Shown here: piece by piece, positions 1 through 9,027 of the stretch
Layout: every line of letters begins with the position of its first letter
Numbering within the stretch: position 1 is the stretch's first letter
NCBI GenBank assembly: GCA_002347045.1
Contig: DDWV01000001.1
Location: forward strand, 419,844-483,843
Source of the DNA: Candidatus Collierbacteria bacterium UBA2277
Lineage (GTDB): Bacteria; Patescibacteriota; Microgenomatia; UBA1400; MFAQ01
Direction of reading: 5' to 3'
Length of the DNA stretch: 64,000 nucleotides
Program-made: the position numbers and the translations under genes
Notes under the pieces: generated by a model
What the model saw: the letters and a program-made list of their open reading frames with translations, nothing else
Told to the model about the DNA's origin: nothing
The model's database searches: none

Positions 1-240
1 GCGTGGGCGGGCGCGCGGGCGACTACCACGAAAACGGGCGGGGAATCCCTTTCTGTTGTCTGTTATAACGAAATTCGAACTTATTTTCGGGACCATTACT
101 AATCTATTGGCTCACCGCTCCACACCTCGTGTCTCGCGGTTCGCCACCGACTCTGCCGTAACATCGGTTCGGACGATGGCTACCGCAGTAGCCATGACAG
201 AAAACGCAAAAATTAAAAAATTTCCTATAGTATTTTGATT
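1..240 (+). repeat. GC-rich structured mosaic repeat, copy 1 (modules A+B+C); extends upstream beyond window start
   Basis: Nucleotide identity of ~60-100 nt blocks with 2636-2830 (+) and 8860-8960 (minus strand); GC-rich and hairpin-rich in an AT-rich genome; ends in shared motif TGACAGAAAACGCAAAAAT...CCTATAG; spurious ORF 56..238 shares only nucleotide-level identity with ORF 8733..8954. Confidence 0.6.
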
Positions 241-387
241 TACACAAAAACCCTGAGAAACTAAGTCTATATATTTAACATTATTTAAATAATATCTTCT
301 CTAATATTGATATGTCTGTGGTGTTTTGCAGTACTTTCAAATAGTGTTTCTTTGACTATCTTCATCTTTTAAGTGCAAAAAGACATG

Positions 388-417
388 TTGACATGAGTAT
401 CAAGTTAGCGTTATATT
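388..417 (+). promoter_or_regulatory. sigma70-like promoter (TTGACA-N18-TATATT), probably giving a leaderless transcript for the 426 CDS
   Basis: TTGACA at 388-393, TATATT at 412-417, ATG at 426 only ~8 nt downstream, no SD. Confidence 0.4.
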
Positions 418-425
418 AGAATTAT

Positions 426-1232
426 ATGGAAGACAAAGAAAAACAACCAAAAGTTTCATCTGTAGTAGACGGAGACAAGAAAAAAAGAACGCTAAATACT
501 TTTCCAAGAATACCGATCAGTAAAGTGCTGGATTTGGCTAAAACTATTTACGAACTAGGTGAAGGAGATCCAGTTCCTAGACTAGTGGTGTTTGATAAAC
601 TTGGAAAGTCTCCAGAAAGCGGACCAAGTAGAATGTTGATTACCACATCAAATTCGTACGGACTTACTACTGGTAGTTATGTAGCAGAGAGACTTGGCAT
701 CACTGAATTAGGAAAGTCAATCGTTTCAAAAGATGGTAGTCAACGCCGAGATGAAATAGTTAGGGCACTTCTCACGAACGATTTATTTTCAAGGTTTCAC
801 GAAAAATACTCTGCTAAGGGAATACCAACCGAACCGATTGGAGAAGACTATTTAAAACAAGTGGGGAGTCTAAGCGGAGCTGATGCAAAAGTAGCCTTTT
901 CCGTCTTTATGGAGAACATGAAAGATCATGGTTTCATCCGTGAATTATCTGGTCGACCAACGATTCTACCAATTGGAATGATGGAATTGAAAGATGAAGT
1001 TAAAAAAAATGATGAGCAAACTCCAAAAGTTGAAATGGCATTCATTGCAGAAAACATAAAGAGCGAGAAAACACCAAAACCAGATCAGACAACGCCTCTT
1101 GTCTCACCGGCAATTGTTCCTCAATTTAATTTTAATATCCAAGTTCAAATACCAGACAATTCCACAGCTGAGACTTATGATGCAATTTTTAAAAGCATTG
1201 CAGATAATCTTCTGAAGATTAATAGTAAATAA
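426..1232 (+). CDS. hypothetical protein (268 aa), first gene of a coupled pair
   Basis: Long ORF; stop overlaps start of next ORF (TAATG); no recognisable motifs. Confidence 0.6.
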   Translation: MEDKEKQPKVSSVVDGDKKKRTLNTFPRIPISKVLDLAKTIYELGEGDPVPRLVVFDKLGKSPESGPSRMLITTSNSYGLTTGSYVAERLGITELGKSIVSKDGSQRRDEIVRALLTNDLFSRFHEKYSAKGIPTEPIGEDYLKQVGSLSGADAKVAFSVFMENMKDHGFIRELSGRPTILPIGMMELKDEVKKNDEQTPKVEMAFIAENIKSEKTPKPDQTTPLVSPAIVPQFNFNIQVQIPDNSTAETYDAIFKSIADNLLKINSK

Positions 1233-1819
1233 TGCCTGGTGATATATTAATACAGCTTTTGAGACAGGCTACAGAAAGTAGTCATCTGTCACGTCAAGGA
1301 GTGTCAAACCTGACATTGCAGCCTGAATCATCGAGTGGAAAAGAAAACCTCTCGACTAATTACTATCTCAATCAGCAAATCTATAGTGCATTGTGTGGAC
1401 TGTCTGACACCTTAGCAAATAGCTACAGACAGATCGTTAGAGATTTTGAAGACTCAGAGCGTACTGCATGGACTGGAACCGCCCACGATATTAGAGAACT
1501 TTTACGTCTTATTCTTGAAAAATTAGCACCAACAGATAAAGTCGTGAATATGTCATGGTACAAACAGGAAAAAGATAATACTGGTCCCACCCAGAAACAA
1601 AGGGTCAAATACATACTTTCCGAAATTAATGCTGACTCTAAAGAACAGGAAGTAGTACAAAATATCGACATCATTGAAGATAGGATTGGGAATTTGGTAA
1701 GGAAAGTATATGGAAGAGCTAGTGATTCGGCTCACAGGACAAAGGGCAAGACTGAAGCGTTCAAAATTCTACGATATTTTGAGGCTTTTGCGTATGACCT
1801 TTTAGACCTAAAACAATAG
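1232..1819 (+). CDS. hypothetical protein (195 aa) with C-terminal Rx5H (HEPN-like) motif RASDSAH
   Basis: ORF translationally coupled to upstream gene; Rx4-6H motif near C-terminus is only suggestive. Confidence 0.5.
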   Translation: MPGDILIQLLRQATESSHLSRQGVSNLTLQPESSSGKENLSTNYYLNQQIYSALCGLSDTLANSYRQIVRDFEDSERTAWTGTAHDIRELLRLILEKLAPTDKVVNMSWYKQEKDNTGPTQKQRVKYILSEINADSKEQEVVQNIDIIEDRIGNLVRKVYGRASDSAHRTKGKTEAFKILRYFEAFAYDLLDLKQ

Positions 1820-1834
1820 AGGTAGAATACTTTT

Positions 1835-1969
1835 ATGGCAGCAAATAAAAGACTAACCCAACTTCCTTCAACGTTCTTTTGGCTAACTATCGTCACTGCA
1901 GTTTTAGCTGGAGTTCAAGTACTAACAGCTATACTTCAAATTATTAAACCGATGTTAAGTTCCACTTAA
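1835..1969 (+). CDS. small hydrophobic peptide (44 aa, single predicted TM; holin- or toxin-like)
   Basis: Own translation MAANKRLTQLPSTFFWLTIVTAVLAGVQVLTAILQIIKPMLSST*; AGAGG ~12 nt upstream; fills the gap between flanking genes; below ORF-track cutoff. Confidence 0.3.
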   Translation: MAANKRLTQLPSTFFWLTIVTAVLAGVQVLTAILQIIKPMLSST

Positions 1970-1973
1970 TACT

Positions 1974-2630
1974 ATGAAATGGTCTGAAAATAAAGGGAAA
2001 ATTTCAGAATTGTATTCTTCTGGAGTTTCGATGAGTGAAATAAGGAAACAATTCCCCATGAGATACAGTAGAAAAATGCTGACTTATCTAAAAGACCGAA
2101 ATATTGCAAAAAAACTAAAAAATGGCGATATTGTAAGTGAAAATGAAATAGCTGATGTCAGAAACAAACGTTTAATGGATAGCGTGCTATTTGAACATAT
2201 TGAGAAAATCAAGAGCCTATATTCAGAAGGACTATCCGCAAGTGAAATAAAGGAGATAATTAGGGTGCCGATCTCCGTCCGAAGTATTCAAAGGTATATT
2301 GGATTACTTGGGATGTCGAGAACAGTAGGAGACGCATTTAGACTTGCAAATTCCAGAGGTAGGATTGACAGGAGCCACTTAATAAAGGAAAGGAAAGCTG
2401 GAGAATTTAGAAAATCCATAAGCACAAAAACAAGATATTTTGTGCTTAATAGAGATAACTTTAGCTGTGTTGATTGTGGATTTACAGCTAAGGACGGAAA
2501 ACTGCTAGACATGGATCATATTATTAGGCCTGAGGATGGTGGTGATAATTCTATTGATAATTTAGTTACCCGTTGTCGCGAGTGCAATATTGGCAGATAT
2601 CTGATTGAACAAAAACACAAAAAAGTATAA
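1974..2630 (+). CDS. HNH endonuclease with N-terminal tandem HTH-like (NUMOD-like) DNA-binding repeats; homing-endonuclease-like
   Basis: C-terminal CVDCG...DHIIRPEDGG...NLVTRCRECN HNH motif; two N-terminal repeats (ISELYSSGVSMSEIRK / IKSLYSEGLSASEIKE). Confidence 0.7.
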   Translation: MKWSENKGKISELYSSGVSMSEIRKQFPMRYSRKMLTYLKDRNIAKKLKNGDIVSENEIADVRNKRLMDSVLFEHIEKIKSLYSEGLSASEIKEIIRVPISVRSIQRYIGLLGMSRTVGDAFRLANSRGRIDRSHLIKERKAGEFRKSISTKTRYFVLNRDNFSCVDCGFTAKDGKLLDMDHIIRPEDGGDNSIDNLVTRCRECNIGRYLIEQKHKKV

Positions 2631-2635
2631 TCCTG

Positions 2636-2830
2636 TTGCCTGCGAAGCGAGCACTTTGGCCGGCAGACAGGTCAACACTTCGTGTCTCGCGGTTCGCCAC
2701 CGCCTGCTCCCGCCGCAGTGGGACCGGATCAACATCGGTTCGGACGATGGCTACTCAGTAGCCATGACAGAAAACGCAAAAATTTGTATATACCTATAGT
2801 AACAACTCAATAAGGTTGACTAGGTGTAAA
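2636..2830 (+). repeat. GC-rich structured mosaic repeat, copy 2 (modules D+B+C)
   Basis: Shares CGTGTCTCGCGGTTCGCCACCG and AACATCGGTTCGGACGATGGCTAC..CAGTAGCCATGACAGAAAACGCAAAAAT with copy 1; 5' part (GCCTGCGAAGCGAGCACTTTGGCCGGCAG) matches 8541-8575. Confidence 0.6.
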
Positions 2831-2839
2831 ATATAGATT

Positions 2840-3526
2840 ATGGAAATAATAGGTTGGATTTTATTTTTGGTCTTTGGAGGGTACATTTGGGACCGCTTAA
2901 TGTCAATGGCTTCAGACCAAATAAATATATCCCAACTAGGTAGTATCCGAGTACCTAAACTATTTTTGAAACTAGCGAATATTTCTAAATATGAGAAAGA
3001 GGAAATACTTTACAAAGATTTAGGAAAGTCTGAAATAAAAAAGATCGATGAGATCGTCGAGAAGTTTCATAAAGTATCAAACATAACGCTCACGTATTTA
3101 CGTCATCAGAATCTTATCCATGTTTCTTCAGGAACTAAATCATCCTTTTTTCAAACCGACAAGTGGTACAAAACATTGTATTCCGAAGAGATAATGAGAC
3201 AAGATGAGGACAATTATCTTGCGTTCGGAATTTACAGAAGAAAAGGTGGAATTTCCAAATCTCCTGTATTGGTGGGATACTTGAAAATGGAAAATGAAAT
3301 AGGTGTAAACGAAAAAAATGAATACGAGGTTGTTTTTGAGTTTCCAGAAAAACTAATTAACAAGGGGTTCTTAACAGGGACTTTAGAAAAGAAATTTGAT
3401 CTAAAAAAGGAGGTTATTGCCGATTATTGGGATAAAAATGAATTTGGTGACCCAGATGAAATTTACTACACTATTTATAACCAAGAAGGAAAATATCCTG
3501 TAAATTTCCAGTTTAGATTTATTTAA
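2840..3526 (+). CDS. hypothetical protein (228 aa), N-terminal TM helix
   Basis: ORF only. Confidence 0.5.
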   Translation: MEIIGWILFLVFGGYIWDRLMSMASDQINISQLGSIRVPKLFLKLANISKYEKEEILYKDLGKSEIKKIDEIVEKFHKVSNITLTYLRHQNLIHVSSGTKSSFFQTDKWYKTLYSEEIMRQDEDNYLAFGIYRRKGGISKSPVLVGYLKMENEIGVNEKNEYEVVFEFPEKLINKGFLTGTLEKKFDLKKEVIADYWDKNEFGDPDEIYYTIYNQEGKYPVNFQFRFI

Positions 3527-3539
3527 TCAGAAACCCAGA

Positions 3540-3893
3540 CTACTTTTTTATTAGATGTTTCGTGTTATTTTCGATAGAATCCATCTTCTCTACTAGCTCA
3601 TCAAACCTCTCAGAAAGATCCTCATTTTGGGATCGTAATCCATATATTAGCACCAAGCAAGAGACCATTACTGCGAAGAATACTACGAACAGTGAATCCA
3701 TACCCATCCATTCGGTCAGCACATACCACAGGATTGAAGACCCAATTAGTGGCCAAAATAGCGCATTGATAACCTCAAGCCCTTGATTTAGTGATTCTTT
3801 TATATTCATATTGGTATTATATATCCTCAAAAAAACCGATCTGCTTGTCCACATATTAAGTTTTCTACAGTGATCAAAACATGTTAATCCCAT
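3540..3893 (-). CDS. small membrane protein (117 aa)
   Basis: ORF with two hydrophobic segments; overlaps end of 3874..4719 by 20 nt. Confidence 0.4.
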   Translation of the reverse strand: MGLTCFDHCRKLNMWTSRSVFLRIYNTNMNIKESLNQGLEVINALFWPLIGSSILWYVLTEWMGMDSLFVVFFAVMVSCLVLIYGLRSQNEDLSERFDELVEKMDSIENNTKHLIKK

Positions 3894-4719
3894 ATTTTAA
3901 TATCGATATATTATTGATTCCACCAACGAAAGCTTTATGCAAGTTAAAACATAAAGTGTGGTAATTCAAATAATAAAGATAAAAATCGGATACATTGACT
4001 CCCGACTCTAGAAATTCCATGTCGCGGTAGTTAGCTTTTATTCGATACCAATATAAAAACTCCCACAGGTTTAAATCTGTACTCGTTAGGAAATTAGTAT
4101 TATTAGCTCCTGTGAGGCGTTTTATATTTCTTCTTCTCTTAAAATCGTCTTTTTTGTAATCCAAAATCTTTTTAATTACTTGCCTGTATCTGGTCCTTGG
4201 ATCGGGATTTCCGATTACGATATTACTTCCCGACGGTATCATCCAAGATGAAGTTCTGGTCGCTGGAATAATTGAATTAAAATATGGCTCATTAAAAATG
4301 ATTTCATTGTTTCTTATTAATTCTTTAAGCCTGTGGTTTACAGCTTCATGTGTATTACTTAACCAACTAATATCATCATCGATTAGCCATTCTAGAATAA
4401 GGAGAAGATTGAAGAAGAGGTAATAACTTTTAACAGGAATCCACGAACTACATATTTGTGCGTAGTCCCTAAACTGATTGATTTGATCCATTTCAGAATC
4501 AATATTTTTCATAACTAACTTTGTAAGTCCGACCTTTTTTGTGACTTGAACTGGGACAGTATTTGAAATAGCAGAAAAATGTGCGGGAATGTTAATTGTC
4601 AGACCTCCAGAAATACCACTAATAAAGTTAAGGTAATTGGAGTGTGTGGTAAATTCTGCGTTTACAACTGGGGTAGATCCCACTGTCCTCCAACCAGAAC
4701 CGAGGTATGTTGCCGGCAT
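3874..4719 (-). CDS. hypothetical protein (281 aa)
   Basis: ORF; start codon overlaps the peptidase stop (4719); same operon as the ATP-grasp genes. Confidence 0.55.
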   Translation of the reverse strand: MPATYLGSGWRTVGSTPVVNAEFTTHSNYLNFISGISGGLTINIPAHFSAISNTVPVQVTKKVGLTKLVMKNIDSEMDQINQFRDYAQICSSWIPVKSYYLFFNLLLILEWLIDDDISWLSNTHEAVNHRLKELIRNNEIIFNEPYFNSIIPATRTSSWMIPSGSNIVIGNPDPRTRYRQVIKKILDYKKDDFKRRRNIKRLTGANNTNFLTSTDLNLWEFLYWYRIKANYRDMEFLESGVNVSDFYLYYLNYHTLCFNLHKAFVGGINNISILKYGINMF

Positions 4720-5228
4720 TATTTATAAACCGCGATCATTTGGCGAATGACCATGTCTTCCCATTTTTCGATATGGTCTGAGGTGAAGTCAAACCAAACT
4801 CGGATAAAATCTTCTTTGAGAAGCTTTCTCATTCTGCCAACTTCTGGATCTTGGAGATATATATTTTCCTCGTCCAAACCAACTACCACAGAATAGTGGC
4901 CGTCTGCTAAGTCATCTTCGTCGTAATCAGCCCTGCCTCTCGTCATCCAGTTCACAATTACAGGTGCTTTTTTGCCCAAAGCAACTTGGATGTCCTCAAA
5001 AGATGCAAAATTCTTTATTTCAACTTTTAGTCCTTCTCCTTCTAGTGTCCTTTTTATATCTTCGTCGCCAATTCCCAGATCATCGTCCTTGTTGGAAAGA
5101 ATAGCCACTTCAGCCTCGGTTTTATCGATGCCATAAAAATCCAAGACCATTTTAATGACGGCTGGGCCACAAAAACTACCATGTAGTGTTTCTTGAAAAG
5201 GTTTGACGGGAAGTAAGTTAGTATCCAT
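4719..5228 (-). CDS. papain-like cysteine peptidase, C39-like (Peptidase_C39_2/BtrH-like)
   Basis: N-terminal SFCGPAV catalytic Cys context and later DGHYSVVVG His context, ~170 aa size typical of C39-like domains. Confidence 0.55.
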   Translation of the reverse strand: MDTNLLPVKPFQETLHGSFCGPAVIKMVLDFYGIDKTEAEVAILSNKDDDLGIGDEDIKRTLEGEGLKVEIKNFASFEDIQVALGKKAPVIVNWMTRGRADYDEDDLADGHYSVVVGLDEENIYLQDPEVGRMRKLLKEDFIRVWFDFTSDHIEKWEDMVIRQMIAVYK

Positions 5229-5240
5229 GCGTATATTGTA

Positions 5241-6533
5241 CTATGTTAAGAGATTTTTCAGTTCTTCAGCAATATTTGTGGCTATTCCCAGATCATTCCC
5301 TATTGCCACATAACCCAAGATATGGTCAGTTTCATTAATTAAAGTGATAATGATTCCCTTTTTACTATCTTTTGAGTATATAAGGGTTGATACCCGAGAT
5401 AATAGCTCCCCGATTGATTTAATATCATCAATGTATTCAAAATGGTCGTTTGAGATAAAAGAGTGGTTTTGAAAATCGGCACCAAAAAGTCTTTTAGCGA
5501 GATCGTAAACATGCGTGCCACCTGTTCTGCGCGCATTTGTTTCTACGGCAAATATTTCTCCTGTTTTGGAAATTACATAATCAATATCAAAAATACCTTG
5601 ATAGCCCAGAGACTGGAAATGTTTTCCTATTACCAGAGCGGATTCTTCTAGCTTCTTTGCAATATCAAGAGGAATAGATCCATTGCCGACAACTGTTCCC
5701 TGAAACTCACCATTGATGACAATCTGTCCACAGAGATAGGTGATTTTTACTTCTGATTCCGTAACAAACAATTCAGCTGAAGGTGTTCCACCACCCACTG
5801 TCGCATCAACATCAATAAGTTCCTCAATAATATACGGCCCATTTGACCAAATTGTCTCAATAGTAACTTGGTTAATAAGAGAATCTGTTGTAGTCTGAGG
5901 ATCGTCAACTAAAATTAAACCCCATCCTGATTCTCCTTGATCGGCTTTGAGGGCGAAAGGTCGCTTGTTTGTTTTGAACCAATCGATTTTATTTTCTAGT
6001 TCCTCTATGGTTTGACAAATATAACCTTCAGGACAGCTAACGTTTAACTTTTCAACTTCTTTTCTAAACCCTGACTTTGAGTCCAAATATCTAATGAGAT
6101 CATACCCACCTTTTGATGGTTCGCCATCGACAAAGACATCTATTCCAATTTCTCTGGCTTTCTCGACTAATTCAAGAAAGCTTGATGTGATAGCATAAGG
6201 AGAAATAACAACATCTTTTTCACCAACTAATTCTTTGAAATTATATAAATCTATTGAATTTGAGAGATTTAATCCCCCATTCCTTGGAGAATAATTGCTG
6301 GTGTTTGAAAATTTCAAAATATTTGAATTGAGATCGAGAAGTTCTTCGGGGATTGAGAATGGGGTAACCACAATTTTATTGTCATCCTCCCAAAAGAAGG
6401 CTCTCTGAGAAAGGGCTAGCTCATGCCTGATCCTCTTTTGTCCTTCATCAGAACCACCGCTGGATACCAATATATCCTCAAAAGCTTCTGCTGTATTGGC
6501 GAATACAATGTTTATTGATTTTTCTGTTTCCAT
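5241..6533 (-). CDS. ATP-grasp domain ligase (carboxylate-amine ligase, biotin-carboxylase-like clade)
   Basis: C-terminal half with AVETNARRTGGTH (ExN.R ATP-grasp motif), 430 aa. Confidence 0.55.
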   Translation of the reverse strand: METEKSINIVFANTAEAFEDILVSSGGSDEGQKRIRHELALSQRAFFWEDDNKIVVTPFSIPEELLDLNSNILKFSNTSNYSPRNGGLNLSNSIDLYNFKELVGEKDVVISPYAITSSFLELVEKAREIGIDVFVDGEPSKGGYDLIRYLDSKSGFRKEVEKLNVSCPEGYICQTIEELENKIDWFKTNKRPFALKADQGESGWGLILVDDPQTTTDSLINQVTIETIWSNGPYIIEELIDVDATVGGGTPSAELFVTESEVKITYLCGQIVINGEFQGTVVGNGSIPLDIAKKLEESALVIGKHFQSLGYQGIFDIDYVISKTGEIFAVETNARRTGGTHVYDLAKRLFGADFQNHSFISNDHFEYIDDIKSIGELLSRVSTLIYSKDSKKGIIITLINETDHILGYVAIGNDLGIATNIAEELKNLLT

Positions 6534-6588
6534 TATCTTGATTTTAAATATAAAATACCCCCGACGCTATGTGCATCAGGGGTATATC

Positions 6589-7593
6589 TTAAACTAACTT
6601 TTCGCGACTGGCCGCTATGAGAATAATTCCCTCAATCAGATCTTCAAATCCTCGACCAGTGAAACTTGCCATCTTGGTCAAGGTATTATTTAATCCGTGA
6701 GAGTTTGGACCAATTCCAGGATTGTAATTGACTTCGAGTAGATAAATTTCTCCATCTGGGGTAACTCGGAAGTCCATTCGGGCATAATCACGGCACTCTG
6801 TAGCTCGAAAAGCGGTTTTTGTGAAATCAACCAGTTTTTCAATCACCGAACTTGGAAGATCTGCTCTGACCATCTTTTCCGTTTGCCCTCCCCATTTGTA
6901 CTCAAACGATCTGATTTTCAACAAATCATCTTGAGTATCGGGGAATTGAAACTCGAGCGGAGGAAGAACGATCAAGTTTGTGCCATTCCCAATTACGCCA
7001 ACCGAAATTTCTCGACCAACAATGAAAGACTCGACAATGGCCTGCTGGAAATAGTTAGAAATGATGTGGGCAACTTTGGCTCTCAACTCTGTTTCGTTTT
7101 TCACAACACAGTCTGCGTAAATTCCGATACTGCCTTCTTGCCGGATAGGTTTAACGATCGCCGGAAAGGAAATATTGGATTGGAGAACTTCGTCTGGACT
7201 ATCAAATCTTTGATATGGTGTAACAGGTACTCCATACCCCTGACAAACTAGTTTGCTTTTCTCTTTGTCCAAAGTTAGTTGCATATTCAAAGATGAAGCT
7301 CCTGTGAAAGGAATCCTCAGAGCTTCGAGCATAGCAGGGACAAGGGGTTCGTCTGTGTTTCCACCACCGAATGATTCAGCCATATTTAGAACAAGATCGA
7401 AAGTGCCGATCCGGCGGACAAGATCATTCCAGAGATTTTGAGTGGTTTCGAGGGTTTCGACCTCGTAGCCACGAGCCAGAAGCAATTCTTCGACAAGAGG
7501 GACAATAATTTCGATTTCGTGCTCACAGATGATATCTGAGGCCACTCCGACTCCAAGATCTCTAGCGACATTGTAAAGTACAAGGATTTTCAT
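6589..7593 (-). CDS. ddl: D-alanine--D-alanine ligase family ATP-grasp enzyme
   Basis: FGGGNTDEPLVPAMLEALRIPFTGASSLNMQLTLDK (Ddl N-domain pattern), AIVKPIRQEGSIGI, RMDFRVTPDGEIYLLEVNYNPG. Confidence 0.6.
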   Translation of the reverse strand: MKILVLYNVARDLGVGVASDIICEHEIEIIVPLVEELLLARGYEVETLETTQNLWNDLVRRIGTFDLVLNMAESFGGGNTDEPLVPAMLEALRIPFTGASSLNMQLTLDKEKSKLVCQGYGVPVTPYQRFDSPDEVLQSNISFPAIVKPIRQEGSIGIYADCVVKNETELRAKVAHIISNYFQQAIVESFIVGREISVGVIGNGTNLIVLPPLEFQFPDTQDDLLKIRSFEYKWGGQTEKMVRADLPSSVIEKLVDFTKTAFRATECRDYARMDFRVTPDGEIYLLEVNYNPGIGPNSHGLNNTLTKMASFTGRGFEDLIEGIILIAASREKLV

Positions 7594-7648
7594 AAATCCT
7601 CCTTTTTTATATATAGGATGATGTATTCTACACTATTTCCACCATCTT

Positions 7649-8533
7649 GTGCCTAGAATGTTTTTTGAATTATATTATCCAAGATCTCGATTTTTAGCTA
7701 TAATGCTAGGCATGGAAATGATGCATGGAGTTTTAACCTCTCTTTTTAAAATTGACACGGAAAAAGGTAAGGAAATCGGCTCAGCGTTTACGCCACTGTG
7801 CCATGAATTTAATCAATTTTTAGATCTACCGGCAGACAAAAAAGACATGCTTTTAGATCCGATTCTTTCTGTTATGAAAAAACTTGGAAGGATAGCAGAA
7901 GCAGTAGACCGATACGAAATCCTAGAAGAAGAGAAGATGGAAAATTTGATTAAACGAGCACAAAAAGACCAGAGTAGTGTTATCTTAAAACACGAAGACA
8001 GCTCAACCCAACTCGAAGGTGCGGTTGAAGACGTGATTAACAGTTCAAAGGCGGCTCTTGATGCGGCGGTGAAAATATTGAAACCATTATGGGGAATAAA
8101 TCTAACGACTTACGGTGATGCGGGTGAAAAGGTTGTAAAGGCTTTAAAAAGAAATATTCCTGATAAATTCCAACCTAACATAATCACGCTAGCTGAGGTT
8201 ATTCAGGAATGCTCTCCGTGGATACGGCTAATAAGAAACTTAAGGACAAAAACTGAACACCTGGGTGTAAATATAGTATCTCCTCTATCGGTGAGTATTA
8301 CTGACAAATTAGCTACAAAAGAATACCCTCTTGTTGACAAAAGTATACCTGCCAAAGAATTTGTAAACATTACATACAATAATATTTTCGTTTTTTTACA
8401 AGAATTCATTGTCTTATCTCTAGGATCAAGACTTTTATCAGGAATGATACCAGTCGTCGTAAGTGGTGAGGGGAAAAATCGAAAATTTGGCATAGCAATC
8501 AAAACTGTCGAGGCTCAAGACCCAAAAATCTGA
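7649..8533 (+). CDS. hypothetical protein (294 aa; alternative start at 7712 after a TATAAT at ~7699)
   Basis: ORF only; no recognisable domain. Confidence 0.5.
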   Translation: MPRMFFELYYPRSRFLAIMLGMEMMHGVLTSLFKIDTEKGKEIGSAFTPLCHEFNQFLDLPADKKDMLLDPILSVMKKLGRIAEAVDRYEILEEEKMENLIKRAQKDQSSVILKHEDSSTQLEGAVEDVINSSKAALDAAVKILKPLWGINLTTYGDAGEKVVKALKRNIPDKFQPNIITLAEVIQECSPWIRLIRNLRTKTEHLGVNIVSPLSVSITDKLATKEYPLVDKSIPAKEFVNITYNNIFVFLQEFIVLSLGSRLLSGMIPVVVSGEGKNRKFGIAIKTVEAQDPKI

Positions 8534-8534
8534 C

Positions 8535-8995
8535 TTAGTGCCTGCGAAGCAGGCACTTTGGCCGACAGGCCAATGCTGTCTCAAGGATTTAATACCCACT
8601 GATAAAATTTTCTCTTAATCAGTGGGTATTTATGGCGAGGAGATGCAATCTATATAGATTGCTTCGTCATTTCATTCCTCGCAATGACGATGTTCTTCCG
8701 AGCCATATATTGAGAAAGCTTCGCCACAATCACTAGATGTGATCTTGTGGCGAACATATAAGTGCGACAGCGATAGCTGGCACTTGCTCGCAAGAGCAAT
8801 CATCCCGACCGCAGTCGGGATACAATATTGGTATCGCGCGCAAGGGGTTCCGCCGGCAGGCGGTGGCGAACCGCGAGACACGAAGTGTTGAGCGGTGAGC
8901 CAATAGATTAGTAGTGGTCCCGAAAATAAGTTCGAATTTCGTTATAACAGACAACAGAAAGTGACAGAAAACGTAAAAAATAGGTTATGACCTAT
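8535..8995 (-). repeat. GC-rich structured mosaic repeat, copy 3 (composite: module D on + strand at left, modules B+A on minus strand at right, ~250 nt hairpin-rich unique core)
   Basis: 8541-8575 matches copy-2 5' part; 8860-8955 is the reverse complement of copy-1 5' part; 8960-8995 on + strand carries TGACAGAAAACGTAAAAAAT...CCTATAA end motif; several perfect hairpins (e.g. 8591-8628). Confidence 0.55.
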
Positions 8996-8998
8996 AAC

Positions 8999-9027
8999 TT
9001 GACTTATCGAGTGTGTCGGGGTATAAT
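8999..9027 (+). promoter_or_regulatory. consensus sigma70 promoter TTGACT-N17-TATAAT
   Basis: Exact -35/-10 hexamers with 17-nt spacer; followed by AGGAGG RBS and ATG at 9076. Confidence 0.6.

Noticed and set aside
1-60. GC-rich window start as a possible rRNA, tmRNA or SRP RNA fragment
   Set aside because: No match to the conserved 16S/23S 3' ends, the 5S core, the tmRNA tag region or the SRP domain IV motif that I can recall. Left unclassified.
56-238. ORF 56..238 (+) and its 'homolog' 8733..8954 (-) sharing MSVITKFELIFGT...
   Set aside because: Identity is confined to the shared nucleotide repeat and breaks at the repeat boundary. The GC-rich region is hairpin-dense with no SD, so it is read as a structured DNA/RNA repeat and not a protein.
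2770-2800. ACTATAGG (reverse complement of CCTATAGT) resembling a T7 promoter core in repeat copies 1 and 2
   Set aside because: Only 8 nt match and no phage RNA polymerase context. The recurrence is explained by the copies being the same repeat.
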